Positions 46,271 to 57,264 of a stretch of 64,000 bases of DNA are shown here, in pieces. The notes under the pieces are model-generated. The model was not told the DNA's origin, did not search any database, and saw only the letters and a list, made by a program, of their open reading frames with translations. Source of the DNA: TPA_inf: Saccharomyces. Lineage: Eukaryota. Position 1 is the first letter of the stretch. Each line of letters starts with the position of its first letter. A program made the position numbers and the translations under genes. The stretch spans positions 1 to 64,000 of the forward strand of contig BK006938.2 of assembly GCA_000146045.2 (NCBI GenBank), given 5' to 3'.

Positions 46271-48031
46271 TTAGCAGATGCGCGCACCTGCGTTGTTACC
46301 ACAACTCTTATGAGGCCCGCGGACAGCATCAAACTGTAAGATTCCGCCACATTTTATACACTCTGGTCCTTTAACTGGCAAACCTTCGGGCGTAATGCCC
46401 AATTTTTCGCCTTTGTCTTTTGCCTTTTTCACTTCACGTGCTTCTGGTACATACTTGCAATTTATACAGTGATGACCGCTGAATTTGTATCTTCCATAGC
46501 ATCTAGCACATACTCGATTTTTACCACTCCAATCTTTATAAAAATACTTGATTCCCTTTCTGGGACAAGCAACACAGTGTTTTAGATTCTTTTTTTGTGA
46601 TATTTTAAGCTGTTCTCCCACACAGCAGCCTCGACATGATTTCACTTCTATTTTGTTGCCAAGCAAGAAATTTTTATGGCCTTCTATCGTAAGCCCATAT
46701 ACAGTACTCTCACCCTGGAAATCATCCGTGAAGCTGAAATATACGGGTTCCCTTTTTATAATTGGCGGAACTTCTCTTGTTTTGTGACCACTTCGACAAT
46801 ATGACAAAACATTCTGTGAAGTTGTTCCCCCAGCAACATTACAGTCGTATGTAAATTGACATTGGACTTTTCTTCCTTCAATGATTTCCTCCCTAGCTGA
46901 CCTGGTCGTCACAGTAGCTGACATACCAAGAGATCTTGAAATATGGACAATTCCGTCCATAATGGATGAATAAACAGTTTGAATTGCTATTTTATAAGAT
47001 TCAGGGCCTTCGCCCTTTTTCACAACGTACCCATCTGAGTCGATCAAGCCGGCTAAGAATGCTTCACGAACTTCTATATGCTCGCCGTACATAAATTCAG
47101 GGATTTGCTTCTCTCCATCAAGATCCCTTTTAAACTTTAAAATTGTGACAGCTTTCCAGAATGGATTATTTTTCCTCAAATTCCTTGTCTTCCTGTTTTC
47201 ATCTGGACCATCTCCATAATGAAGCCTTACATGTTTGGCACGTAGCGGAACGTGATCGTCACAAACCGTAAGGTAGAGACCCCAGATTTTCGCATTTTCT
47301 CTTAAACTCTCCATTAGCTTAGGATCCAAGCTATCTACTGAGATTTCTGGCTCTTTTGTTGTACTGTCACCTAACCACAGACCAAGCATCCAAGCCATAC
47401 TTTTTACAGCAGGAGTTACAAGGTCACTACGTCCAGTGAGAAATTTAGATAAAACACCATTTCCTGCGAGTACTGGACCAAATCTTATGCAGCTAGAAAT
47501 TCTCAATTGAGCATCAAGATAATCCAAATCTCTAACTTCAATGTCAAAGTTGAAATATTCTCCTTTAGAGCGCTCCATTTCTTCTATGAAGCGTTTTGCG
47601 GCAAACTCACCTTCAACTGTCATTGGGAATGTCTTATGATGGTTTTTTGGAATTATTATTATCCTACCATCAAGCGTCTGACATTGCTGCAGATTTCTCC
47701 ATCTCACTTTATATTTGGTGGCATTTCTACCACTTTTTTCCAACAGTGGTTTGGTAGGGACCCTGACTGACAATTTATGACCTGCAGTACATTGTAATGC
47801 AAGACGCTGATAAACTGTTCTACGCCTGGGATCTAACCTACCAGGTTCACCTTCAAAAGCTCTGTGTTTGGTTTTTTGCTGTATATTATAGATTTTCTGA
47901 TAGCCCTGTGTGACATTTATGACGCGGGCAGCGGAGCCATCTGCGCACATAACGTAAGAGTTAGCCGTGACGTTTGCGATGTCTTTAATTTCACCGTTAG
48001 CCATCAGAATAGTCGTGTTTTCAGAAAGCAT
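46271..48031 (-). CDS. HO: Mating-type switching homing endonuclease, LAGLIDADG family, intein (Hint)-derived, with C-terminal zinc finger, 586 aa; sequence corresponds to the inactive ho allele
   Basis: ATG at 48031 (minus); LAGLIDSDG motif at residues 327-335; Cys-rich C-terminal zinc-finger region (CRGCC...CVACP...CARC...CINC...CIKCGG); residues A189, S223, S405, L475 match the four substitutions I recall for the ho allele. Confidence 0.95.
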   Translation of the reverse strand: MLSENTTILMANGEIKDIANVTANSYVMCADGSAARVINVTQGYQKIYNIQQKTKHRAFEGEPGRLDPRRRTVYQRLALQCTAGHKLSVRVPTKPLLEKSGRNATKYKVRWRNLQQCQTLDGRIIIIPKNHHKTFPMTVEGEFAAKRFIEEMERSKGEYFNFDIEVRDLDYLDAQLRISSCIRFGPVLAGNGVLSKFLTGRSDLVTPAVKSMAWMLGLWLGDSTTKEPEISVDSLDPKLMESLRENAKIWGLYLTVCDDHVPLRAKHVRLHYGDGPDENRKTRNLRKNNPFWKAVTILKFKRDLDGEKQIPEFMYGEHIEVREAFLAGLIDSDGYVVKKGEGPESYKIAIQTVYSSIMDGIVHISRSLGMSATVTTRSAREEIIEGRKVQCQFTYDCNVAGGTTSQNVLSYCRSGHKTREVPPIIKREPVYFSFTDDFQGESTVYGLTIEGHKNFLLGNKIEVKSCRGCCVGEQLKISQKKNLKHCVACPRKGIKYFYKDWSGKNRVCARCYGRYKFSGHHCINCKYVPEAREVKKAKDKGEKLGITPEGLPVKGPECIKCGGILQFDAVRGPHKSCGNNAGARIC

Positions 48032-48269
48032 TTTAAAGTATAGATAGAATTGATTGCTGCTTATGAGGATATGGATTTAGAGCTAATAGTTGTAATAGAA
48101 ATAAAAGCCATTTAGAATAGGAATTGAATACAATTTTATGAGCTTTAAATATTTAATGATGAATAGTGCGTTTAGAACGCTTCATCATGCTTCAACAAGC
48201 TTCTGCAAACCTCATTTGAGTAGCAATAGCTGTTTACTTTTTTCCGCGACTTTATTCGAAGTTATGGTG

Positions 48270-48895
48270 AACTTTTCGTGGTTTCACACCTAATAACGCC
48301 CAGCGGTAGTACAATTCAAAGTAGTAGGTACCAATGGTAGTACTAGTGGGTGATAGTAGCAAATTTCTCTATGAAAATGAATTGTTGCTCTGCAATGATG
48401 TTAATGTGGACATGACATGAATTTTCGCGATATGTTGATGTAAATAATAACATGATTTTCGTGGATCATTTCGTAAACCATAGGTTTATTTCGTGAATTA
48501 CTAAGAGAAAGGCATAGAAACAGGACTTGCGAACCCTTTCTGTAATATGTCATAATATTTCAATACACGCACAAAAAAGGTACGTTAATTTCCATGGTAA
48601 TCGTGTATTTAGTTACATCACTTTTCGTGACACACATGAATACATTTGCCCTTAAGCCCTGTGTAGGATTGATTTCTTTTTTCGTGACGCACATGTCTTC
48701 AACTGCATCAATTTCCATGAGACACACACGTCTACCATGTTGTCAGATCTCATGAATCTTTCATGTATTCATTCACATCATTTTCGTGGATCCTCTAATT
48801 GTATCGAGATCACTTTTCGTGATCCGCTAATCAGCGACGGTCACATTAGGTTTGCCAAGTCAGGGTATGAACCATACGATCAGTTTTCGTGAACC
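48270..48895 (-). promoter_or_regulatory. HO upstream regulatory region URS2: array of about nine SCB elements (CACGAAA, seen as TTTCGTG on the + strand) plus a1-alpha2 operator-like sites
   Basis: TTTCGTG at about 48273, 48456, 48488, 48623, 48679, 48781, 48815, 48885, plus TTTCGCG at 48422 and TTTCGTAAA at 48469; a1-alpha2-like TCGTGTATTTAGTTACATCA at 48601-48620 and TCATGTATTCATTCACATCA at 48761-48780. The array lies about 240-860 bp upstream of the HO ATG, as for URS2. Confidence 0.85.
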
Positions 48896-49315
48896 TGGTA
48901 CGTATATTGTGGCGTTTGTGTATATTTTCATTCTTTGACAACAATCAATACCAACCTCAAATAGGAAAAGTAATAAGTTTGGCGTTACACCCCAAAAGAC
49001 GCCAAACGGATCGAACTTACTCAATAGCAATTAGCGAGACAAAACCTACGTTAAGACCTGTAACCGATTTATCAAAGCACTCTGCGGTTCTTTCTTGGGA
49101 ATATTACCTGGACATTTTGTGCCCTCAAGAAACGAGGCTCTACGAGCCTGTTGGAGCCCCTCAGACATTAGCCGCCACGAATCAAACTTTTTACGCGATT
49201 CGGCCCAAATCAGTTTCTCACAGATCATTCGTAGAGTGAAAAAGCACATCGATTATTTGATACCCCTTTGGGTTAATTACTGTTGAGGTCTTTTCTATTT
49301 CTGATTGAAATTTTT

Positions 49316-49340
49316 GCTCCAGCATTATAGCATGCTGGTT
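49316..49340. promoter_or_regulatory. Palindromic CCAGCAT..ATGCTGG element about 1.3 kb upstream of HO, candidate Swi5 site of URS1
   Basis: ccagcattatagcatgctgg is a perfect 7-bp inverted repeat carrying two CCAGC half-sites; a further CCAGCA lies at about 49437; the distance from the HO ATG matches the upstream Swi5-binding region. Confidence 0.5.
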
Positions 49341-51114
49341 TTTTTTTTAAATTGATGTATCTCATCGCAGGCACGGGCAGTACAGTGCCCTGAGCGTAGG
49401 GAAAAATGAAAAAAAGGATGTAACTTTTAACATAATTCCAGCACGCAGCGATTGGGTATAATGAAGATTGTTAAGTTCAACAACATGTGAAATTCTTAGC
49501 TCCGCAACTTGCTTGAATTATGAGCTCTAAGATTCAAGAAGTAAATAGGTCATATAATGGAATGATAGTAGTACTTGATAAAGGAACCATGTGATCTTAC
49601 GTTGATATGAAAATAATTCTCTCACAGAAGTCAGTTTGTATGACTAACATAGAGAGTAATTGCTTTTCGGATAAAATCGCACCTAACAAAGATTACCTTT
49701 TGTAAAGCCTCCAGAACAGCTATGAATGTTCGTTATTCTACGCACTTTCTTTCATACATCTTGATCCGCCTTTTTTGATGTAGGTTTTAACGCGGCAAAA
49801 CATATTAATTTTTCTGATTTGGAAAAATAAAGAGTTAGTTCTGCCACGCCATTTTAAGTCCAAAGGCACAATTTTACGTTGGAACTAAACGGTAAAGATC
49901 AAATATCACCTTTATTCTTTTTTGGTATGCATCGATTTCTTTGCCAGTAAGAACTACGTGCAACTCTACATTAGATCAAAATATAACGGATCATAAATGC
50001 AAACAACATTTGTCCAAAAGAAACAAAAATGTTGGCGTTTGTCTCGAACATGACACAATACTCCTTGATCGAGGGACATTGCCCGATTAACTATGATTTA
50101 TACTTTTTACTACAGGTACTCGTTCTCCCTACTATTTCACCAGTATACGGTCGTTTTATGATTCATTTATTGCCTATAATGGTAAAAAGGGACATCTTAA
50201 CCTTACGTGTTGCAATGAGACCATTCTTTTCGATTCATCAACTGTGAAATTTCTGAAATCCAGTACAATGCGAAACGCTACCGATAATGGCACCGTCTTT
50301 TGAATTATGAGGCCCAGATATGGCGTTCAATCTTCAACAAAAAAATGAATATCAAAACTAAATTCTATCTGGATAACAATCTTTCTTTGGTTTGCAGAAA
50401 TATCATTAAAAAACAATCCATAACTACTAAGGAAGGGTATAAATGGTTTGGTTTACTAATTTTATATTTTGATTTGATTAGCAATTATAATCTCTAATAT
50501 ACTATTTCTGTAGCCAAAAATCTGCAATGTCAATAAGTAGCAAGTGCCGCTTACTCGTGAGAATATCAACCTTATAGCATATGTTTTCTATTTTTTTTTT
50601 TTGCTTATGGAGATAATGAACATTGTACACATGAACAAAGTGGTAGTTCTCTCTCCTTGATTTTTTGTGCTTGCGATATATATAATTGTTACATTCAATG
50701 GCCATGCTAAATAAAGGTTTTAGCTTTGTTTCACTCGTGCCCAGGATAATTTTAAGGCGCAAACATCCAAATAATGAAGAAAAGGATAACGATTGTCCCA
50801 GGTCTAAAACATTTTTTAATAATAGCCGTCATTAGCCTTGCAACAGTACAACAACGCCGATGGGAAAGGATTGCAATTCTATTTGTAATTAATAGGTTGT
50901 ATAATAATTTACGATATGGCCTTGTGGTAACTATTTATGAATACTGGTGTAGACTTATTTATAATCCTAGAGAGTAAACCTCTTCTTGTCAAGATATGAA
51001 AAATACAAATTTAGAGACAGAAGTATTACGTGTAAACTTTACAGAACCACTTCTCCATTATAGCTACAATGTGAATTGAACTTTCCTTGAATGTTGAGAA
51101 AAACTATATTAAAA

Positions 51115-52173
51115 TTAGAAATCGTCCCATTTGTCCTCGTCCTGTTCATTCTTCTTATCGTTATTATCAATCTTTTGATATTCTGTATGGGTTGTATTCC
51201 CTGCTGTAGAGCTATCCTCTGCATTACCATTGAAATTTTTAGTGAAGTTACTAAATGCTTGGAATCCATAACTACTCGTTTCTTGAAACTTTTGGCCAAA
51301 CTGGGCAGCTGCTCTCTTCGTTTCTTCTGACAACTCTCCGGATTGCCATTGCTGGACGTGAGGCTTAATAACCGTTTCGTTTACGTCCTCGAACGATTTG
51401 GTTACAGCGCTGGAGAAGAGGCCCCATCCTCTGCTCAATGTTCCCAAAGGATCAGCTTGAAAATTTTCCAGGCTCAAAGTATTGCTGGACCCTGCAGACC
51501 GTTCTTGTGGAGGTTTTGCGGGTGTACTTCCAAAGCCCTGATATTTACCACCTTGAGAAGGGGGCAAATGATCTGGTCTAGATTGGTTCTTCTTGCCCAG
51601 CTCAGCAAAATAAGCTTCGTTCTTCTCCTTTTGAAAATTGGCACCATTACTAGAGTTTGCTGGTGTTGCAGATCGACGGTTCTCCAGTGGTGTCCCTTCT
51701 CGACTTTGAGCAACACCAGGCGTAGCGGATGCAGCGGTTTGAGAGGTTGCTGATAACTTGGAAGCATCAAAATCCAAATGCTCACGCTCTTCAAATACTC
51801 TATCTTCGCAAAGACATGTTAACTTTTCTTTATAATCCTCTGCGACGGGGTTATCGTATTTCACTTTTTGTGGTAAACTCAGGTCAATATTATGCGACTT
51901 GAACCATTCAGTCAAAGGTTCGTTACCACCTTTTTCCATACGAAGAAGTTCCTCCGGTTTAAACTGATCCATAGTGATAGATCTTACAAAAGATATATGC
52001 ACACCAAGCCCTCTATGGATACCGGCACATTCAAGGCAAATGAAAGCTCCAAACTTAGGCGTGGCCCATTGTGGATTTGGCGCACCACAATCCATACATT
52101 TCTTATTTGCACCAATCTTTTGCAATTGCAAAAGACGCCTGCGGGTATCTGGGTCCACTTTCCAATCTGACAT
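51115..52173 (-). CDS. GCS1: ADP-ribosylation factor GTPase-activating protein, 352 aa
   Basis: ATG at 52173 (minus); ArfGAP C4 zinc finger CMDCGAPNPQWATPKFGAFICLECAGIHRGLG; length matches YDL226C. Confidence 0.95.
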   Translation of the reverse strand: MSDWKVDPDTRRRLLQLQKIGANKKCMDCGAPNPQWATPKFGAFICLECAGIHRGLGVHISFVRSITMDQFKPEELLRMEKGGNEPLTEWFKSHNIDLSLPQKVKYDNPVAEDYKEKLTCLCEDRVFEEREHLDFDASKLSATSQTAASATPGVAQSREGTPLENRRSATPANSSNGANFQKEKNEAYFAELGKKNQSRPDHLPPSQGGKYQGFGSTPAKPPQERSAGSSNTLSLENFQADPLGTLSRGWGLFSSAVTKSFEDVNETVIKPHVQQWQSGELSEETKRAAAQFGQKFQETSSYGFQAFSNFTKNFNGNAEDSSTAGNTTHTEYQKIDNNDKKNEQDEDKWDDF

Positions 52174-52444
52174 GCTCTATAATCCGCGATAAAATTGCTC
52201 AATTGGCACCATTTAAACTCAGAATCACGTCCATATTTCTGCTTTCATTCTTGATATAGTTGTGCAATTTGGTTCTTGACAAAAACTGGCGTTGCTTGCG
52301 GGTAACCGCGCGATTTTTAAAGTGCCAAACTGCGAAAAGAATATAACAAGCTTTCGAGCAAGATCAATGTACCCAGCAAGTGAAATAATAAAACAAGAGC
52401 CCCAAAGATCTGCTTATAATTGCTAGAAAAATATATTATTAATC

Positions 52445-54100
52445 ATGAGCACTGCTTCAACACCGCCAATTAACTTATTTCGTAGAAAGAAAGAACATAA
52501 ACGTGGGATCACATACACAATGTTACTATGTGGGCCAGCAGGTACAGGAAAGACCGCCTTTGCTAACAATCTATTGGAAACTAAGATCTTTCCGCATAAG
52601 TATCAATACGGTAAATCAAATGCTAGTATTAGCTCTAACCCAGAAGTAAAAGTTATTGCTCCGACAAAAGTTGTTTCATTTAATTCGAAAAATGGGATTC
52701 CATCTTATGTTTCTGAATTCGATCCAATGAGAGCCAATTTGGAACCAGGTATTACCATCACCTCCACTTCATTAGAACTTGGGGGCAACAAAGATCAAGG
52801 AAAGCCAGAAATGAACGAGGATGATACCGTGTTTTTCAACTTGATTATGACGCATGGTATAGGCGAAAACTTGGACGATTCGTTGTGTTCTGAGGAAGTT
52901 ATGTCGTATTTAGAACAACAATTTGACATTGTTTTAGCTGAGGAAACCAGAATTAAAAGGAATCCGAGGTTTGAGGACACCAGGGTTCACGTAGCATTAT
53001 ATTTTATTGAACCCACTGGACACGGTCTGAGAGAAGTCGATGTAGAGCTCATGAAAAGCATCTCCAAATACACAAATGTACTGCCAATAATAACAAGAGC
53101 TGACTCATTCACCAAGGAGGAGCTAACTCAATTCAGGAAAAATATTATGTTTGATGTGGAAAGATACAACGTCCCAATTTACAAATTTGAGGTTGACCCT
53201 GAAGATGATGATTTGGAATCCATGGAAGAGAATCAAGCCTTGGCATCCTTGCAACCATTTGCTATTATAACTTCAGATACCAGAGATAGTGAAGGTAGAT
53301 ACGTTAGGGAGTATCCGTGGGGGATAATATCAATCGACGACGACAAAATTTCGGATTTGAAAGTTTTAAAAAACGTCCTGTTTGGTTCTCACTTACAAGA
53401 ATTCAAAGACACCACGCAAAATTTGCTTTACGAGAATTACCGTTCCGAAAAACTATCGTCCGTGGCCAACGCTGAAGAAATTGGTCCTAATTCTACAAAG
53501 AGACAGTCAAATGCTCCAAGTTTAAGCAACTTTGCCTCTTTGATAAGCACTGGTCAATTCAATTCTTCTCAAACTCTTGCAAACAATTTGAGAGCGGACA
53601 CACCAAGAAACCAAGTAAGTGGAAACTTTAAGGAAAACGAATACGAAGACAATGGCGAACATGATTCAGCAGAAAATGAACAGGAAATGTCTCCCGTGAG
53701 ACAGTTGGGTAGAGAAATAAAACAAGAAAATGAAAATTTGATAAGATCTATCAAAACAGAATCTTCACCAAAATTCTTGAACTCTCCGGACTTACCAGAG
53801 CGTACCAAGTTAAGAAATATTTCAGAAACCGTTCCATATGTCTTGAGACATGAAAGAATTTTAGCAAGACAACAAAAACTGGAAGAGTTAGAGGCCCAGT
53901 CAGCTAAAGAATTACAAAAAAGAATTCAAGAATTAGAAAGAAAAGCACACGAATTGAAATTGAGGGAAAAACTAATAAATCAGAATAAACTAAACGGTTC
54001 ATCATCTTCAATCAATTCTCTACAACAGAGCACAAGGAGCCAAATTAAAAAAAATGACACGTATACTGATTTAGCCTCTATTGCATCGGGTAGAGATTGA
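52445..54100 (+). CDS. SHS1: Septin (non-essential seventh-septin type) with long C-terminal coiled-coil extension, 551 aa
   Basis: ATG at 52445; P-loop GPAGTGKT, septin G4-like IITRAD; C-terminal coiled coil (ELEAQSAKELQKRIQELERKAHELKLRE); length matches YDL225W. Confidence 0.95.
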   Translation: MSTASTPPINLFRRKKEHKRGITYTMLLCGPAGTGKTAFANNLLETKIFPHKYQYGKSNASISSNPEVKVIAPTKVVSFNSKNGIPSYVSEFDPMRANLEPGITITSTSLELGGNKDQGKPEMNEDDTVFFNLIMTHGIGENLDDSLCSEEVMSYLEQQFDIVLAEETRIKRNPRFEDTRVHVALYFIEPTGHGLREVDVELMKSISKYTNVLPIITRADSFTKEELTQFRKNIMFDVERYNVPIYKFEVDPEDDDLESMEENQALASLQPFAIITSDTRDSEGRYVREYPWGIISIDDDKISDLKVLKNVLFGSHLQEFKDTTQNLLYENYRSEKLSSVANAEEIGPNSTKRQSNAPSLSNFASLISTGQFNSSQTLANNLRADTPRNQVSGNFKENEYEDNGEHDSAENEQEMSPVRQLGREIKQENENLIRSIKTESSPKFLNSPDLPERTKLRNISETVPYVLRHERILARQQKLEELEAQSAKELQKRIQELERKAHELKLREKLINQNKLNGSSSSINSLQQSTRSQIKKNDTYTDLASIASGRD

Positions 54101-54396
54101 GTTGTATCTGTACAAAATCCAAAGCTGAGCAAATAAATAAATAAATAAATGTATAAGTTACCGAACGGGGGTATTTTTACTTTTGATCAAAAATTTATGT
54201 ACCAACTACAAAGTTTCCTCAGCACAGCCTTCAAGAAGGGAACACACATACAAACAGTGTCAAATAATTGTAGGGATAAATTTAAATATGGCATAAACTA
54301 AATAAGTAGAGCATGAAAAAACTGCAAAATCCAAAAAGTAAAAACGAAGGTCAGAAAGTAAAGCAAAAGAAAATTAATAAAGCAATACTAAATCTA

Positions 54397-56346
54397 TCAT
54401 GATTTCCCGTAACTTCCATTAAAGCTGTAACCAGATTTACTCCTACTGTTTGAGCCTCTAACGCCTAATGGATTTTTAGAGAAGCTCAACCTGATACCTC
54501 CTTTGTTGTTGAGGGAAGGGCGGGGGTGAGGTAGTTGACTACCATATAATTCTGCCAATGCTCTAGTGGCAAAGCTAACATCCTCAAATTCTACAAAACA
54601 AATTGGACCATGGCCATGACCGTTGCCATGACCGTGAGAGTTCATTTTATTCCTGAAGGATAATCTACGAAAACCTTGCTGATTAGAAAACAATTGCCTT
54701 AATTCTTGTTCCGTGGCATCCGGAGGTAGATTACCCACATAAAGAGTATTACAAGGAGGATTTTGGTCCGCGGGATTGGCTGGTGGTGGCACCTTGGCTA
54801 GTAGTGATAGGTCAGCCTGTGAAATAGTTGTGGAACCTGCCACATTTGTTTCGTTATTTTTCGAAAATGCAGAGGCAGAAGCTGTAGAAGAACATTCTTT
54901 CTGTCGTGATATTGTACTGGTGTCTTGTTCACTCACTAAAAAGCCTTGATTCACCTTTTGGTTGTTGAATATTGAAGACCCGTTAGGAGCAGAAGATTGT
55001 GGGTGGCCATTTTCCGTTTGGAGATTCAGGTCCAAATTGGAAGGAACATTCGAAACGCTCTGCTGAATACTTTGTGTCTTAGTTGAAGCATTAATTTGGT
55101 TCAATAAGTGATAATGCGGTAGAGAAGTCGCGGAATGTATTACTCCTGAATTGTTCAGATTAGGTTGTGATTGAATATGTGGAACATCCTGGCTAATTGA
55201 ATGGTGGGATGGAGGCAACAGATTAGACTGATGATTTTCTTGGCTAGATAATTGAAAAAGAGGAATATTAGCAGTTGAGGAAGCATTCCACTCCATCACA
55301 GGCGTAGATGACATCGGAGGCTCTTGTAAAGATGCACCAAATGAAGAATTACCAACATCATTAACTAATTCATCACCATTCCAAATACTTTCATTTATTT
55401 CATCCTTTTCTAGTAGCAAAAGTGACTTGCCAGCGTCCTTCTGAGGTGGCATTCCTGCTGGAACTGGTGTGGTGGTTACGTTTGATAAATCATGTTGTGA
55501 GATGCTATTTCGTAGAAAGGGTACGGATTCTTTTCTTTGAGAGATTGTTTCCAATCCGAATGGGTCATTGAATGAGAAACGGAGGGATCTCTCTGAAAGT
55601 AATGAAGGCCTTGGCTTGGCCGCTGAAGGCCCTAATGGAGAGGAACTAGTTTTTCCATATGATATAGTATTAAAACTTTGATTTTGAATTTCATTTTGCG
55701 CACTGGACGACAATTGGTAATTCTTTGGAGAACTATTTGTAGTGCCAGATGAAACATGTTCTTGAAAACTCACTGGAAGCTGCGTTTGTTCATTTACTAC
55801 GTCAATGTGAGACCTAAAGGGGAAACTAGGCCCAAAAATCTCAGACTTCGAGTTTAATATATTAGCATAATGGGTTACTAAAGAAAGGGATCCAAATTTG
55901 ACCACAACGACTTTTTCATTGTCATTAAAGGGTTCTCTATCATCCCTTTTTAGTTCTATACTTGACACCCCAGTTGCTAGTGAAAATATACAATAACACT
56001 CTCTTAGTGTAATGTCTTTTGGCAAATTCCTCAGCAAAAGACAGTAGGGGCCAACATCCACATCATGTGGGGCTAAAGAATTGACGTCATTCCCGTTCCC
56101 TTTCCCCGTGGACATGGTCAAATTATGAAGCATAGAAGTCATAATAGGTTCTTTTGCAAAACCTTGCGGGTTCTCTCTTTTAATGTTAGTCTCGCTGTTG
56201 CTCCTAACTGCGGAAAAACTATATGCAGTTGGCATGGGATATGTTGCCTCCTTTGATAATGGAACGGTTTCTGAACTAGAACTAAATGCCCTTTCTATAA
56301 GAAATTTGGATTCGTTTAAATTCGTCTGATTATGCACTAATGACAT
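54397..56346 (-). CDS. WHI4: RRM-containing RNA-binding protein, Whi3 paralog, 649 aa
   Basis: ATG at 56346 (minus); C-terminal RRM with RNP1-like [10 protein letters not shown]; His/Gly repeat [10 protein letters not shown]; length and position match YDL224C. Confidence 0.85.
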   Translation of the reverse strand: MSLVHNQTNLNESKFLIERAFSSSSETVPLSKEATYPMPTAYSFSAVRSNSETNIKRENPQGFAKEPIMTSMLHNLTMSTGKGNGNDVNSLAPHDVDVGPYCLLLRNLPKDITLRECYCIFSLATGVSSIELKRDDREPFNDNEKVVVVKFGSLSLVTHYANILNSKSEIFGPSFPFRSHIDVVNEQTQLPVSFQEHVSSGTTNSSPKNYQLSSSAQNEIQNQSFNTISYGKTSSSPLGPSAAKPRPSLLSERSLRFSFNDPFGLETISQRKESVPFLRNSISQHDLSNVTTTPVPAGMPPQKDAGKSLLLLEKDEINESIWNGDELVNDVGNSSFGASLQEPPMSSTPVMEWNASSTANIPLFQLSSQENHQSNLLPPSHHSISQDVPHIQSQPNLNNSGVIHSATSLPHYHLLNQINASTKTQSIQQSVSNVPSNLDLNLQTENGHPQSSAPNGSSIFNNQKVNQGFLVSEQDTSTISRQKECSSTASASAFSKNNETNVAGSTTISQADLSLLAKVPPPANPADQNPPCNTLYVGNLPPDATEQELRQLFSNQQGFRRLSFRNKMNSHGHGNGHGHGPICFVEFEDVSFATRALAELYGSQLPHPRPSLNNKGGIRLSFSKNPLGVRGSNSRSKSGYSFNGSYGKS

Positions 56347-57264
56347 TGTTAATTGAGAAACCTTAAGCGTTATTTTTCAGCGTAGATGTGGCAACTAAGG
56401 TTCCTGTTTTCAAAAACCCTGCTTTTTTGAAAAATGCTCGAAAAATAAAGAAAGAAGTCAGTCCCTTGTTTTAGCAAAGTGATAATTTGTGAAATATGAC
56501 ACAAGTAGAAGATAAACCTTTACACGCAGAAATAACAGCGGATTATATTTTGATTCTTAGATTTCCTAATTTCGTGAACTTTTAACTAAGAAGGAAAAAA
56601 CAATTGAGATGAGATCCAAATGGGAGGAGTTTTGAAACAATTGTTTGCTATTATTTCAATGATTTAGTGTTGCCACCAGATGGGTCTATTTTCTGTAAAA
56701 CTACCGGTTCGAGGCTCCTGCCGTAACCTTAATTGTACTTTTCTATGATTTAATCCAAATAACCATTCCATTCCTCTTTAAGTCTAAGAAACATTAAAAA
56801 ACAAAAAACACCACGTCCGGGTAATGAAAATATAACGCTGGGTAATGCACGTGTTGATAATTACATCGTTTTTCACTAATATCGTACCAAACGAGATGTT
56901 TGCAGAAAGAACAAACCAATATTTTAAATAATCAAAAATCAAATTAGCTATTATTTCTCATTTGGTGATAATAATATATACATACATATATATATATATA
57001 TATAAATATATAGGTATATATATAAATAACCTAAGACAAGTTAAATGAGTATAAAAAACCTTGAACGTAAATGAAAAAAAAAAAAATACTAGTAAATTGA
57101 CAACATAAAAGACAAAAATAAATGAAAGAGGAAAGTGGTAATAAAGTGGTTAAAATTTGTTGTAGTTGTAGATAGGAGGAGTCCGCGTAGACAGTTATTC
57201 AAATTCAATTGAGGAAGAAAAATAGATTTCAAAGAATACTGGGAATTTGTTAATCGAGAAGTGT

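Noticed and set aside
48270-48895. Considered whether the regularly recurring TTTTCGTGA units could be a CRISPR-like or minisatellite array
   Set aside because: Repeat unit is only 7-9 bp, spacing is irregular (about 30-180 bp), spacers are ordinary AT-rich promoter DNA, and the organism is a yeast; the pattern is a transcription-factor site cluster.
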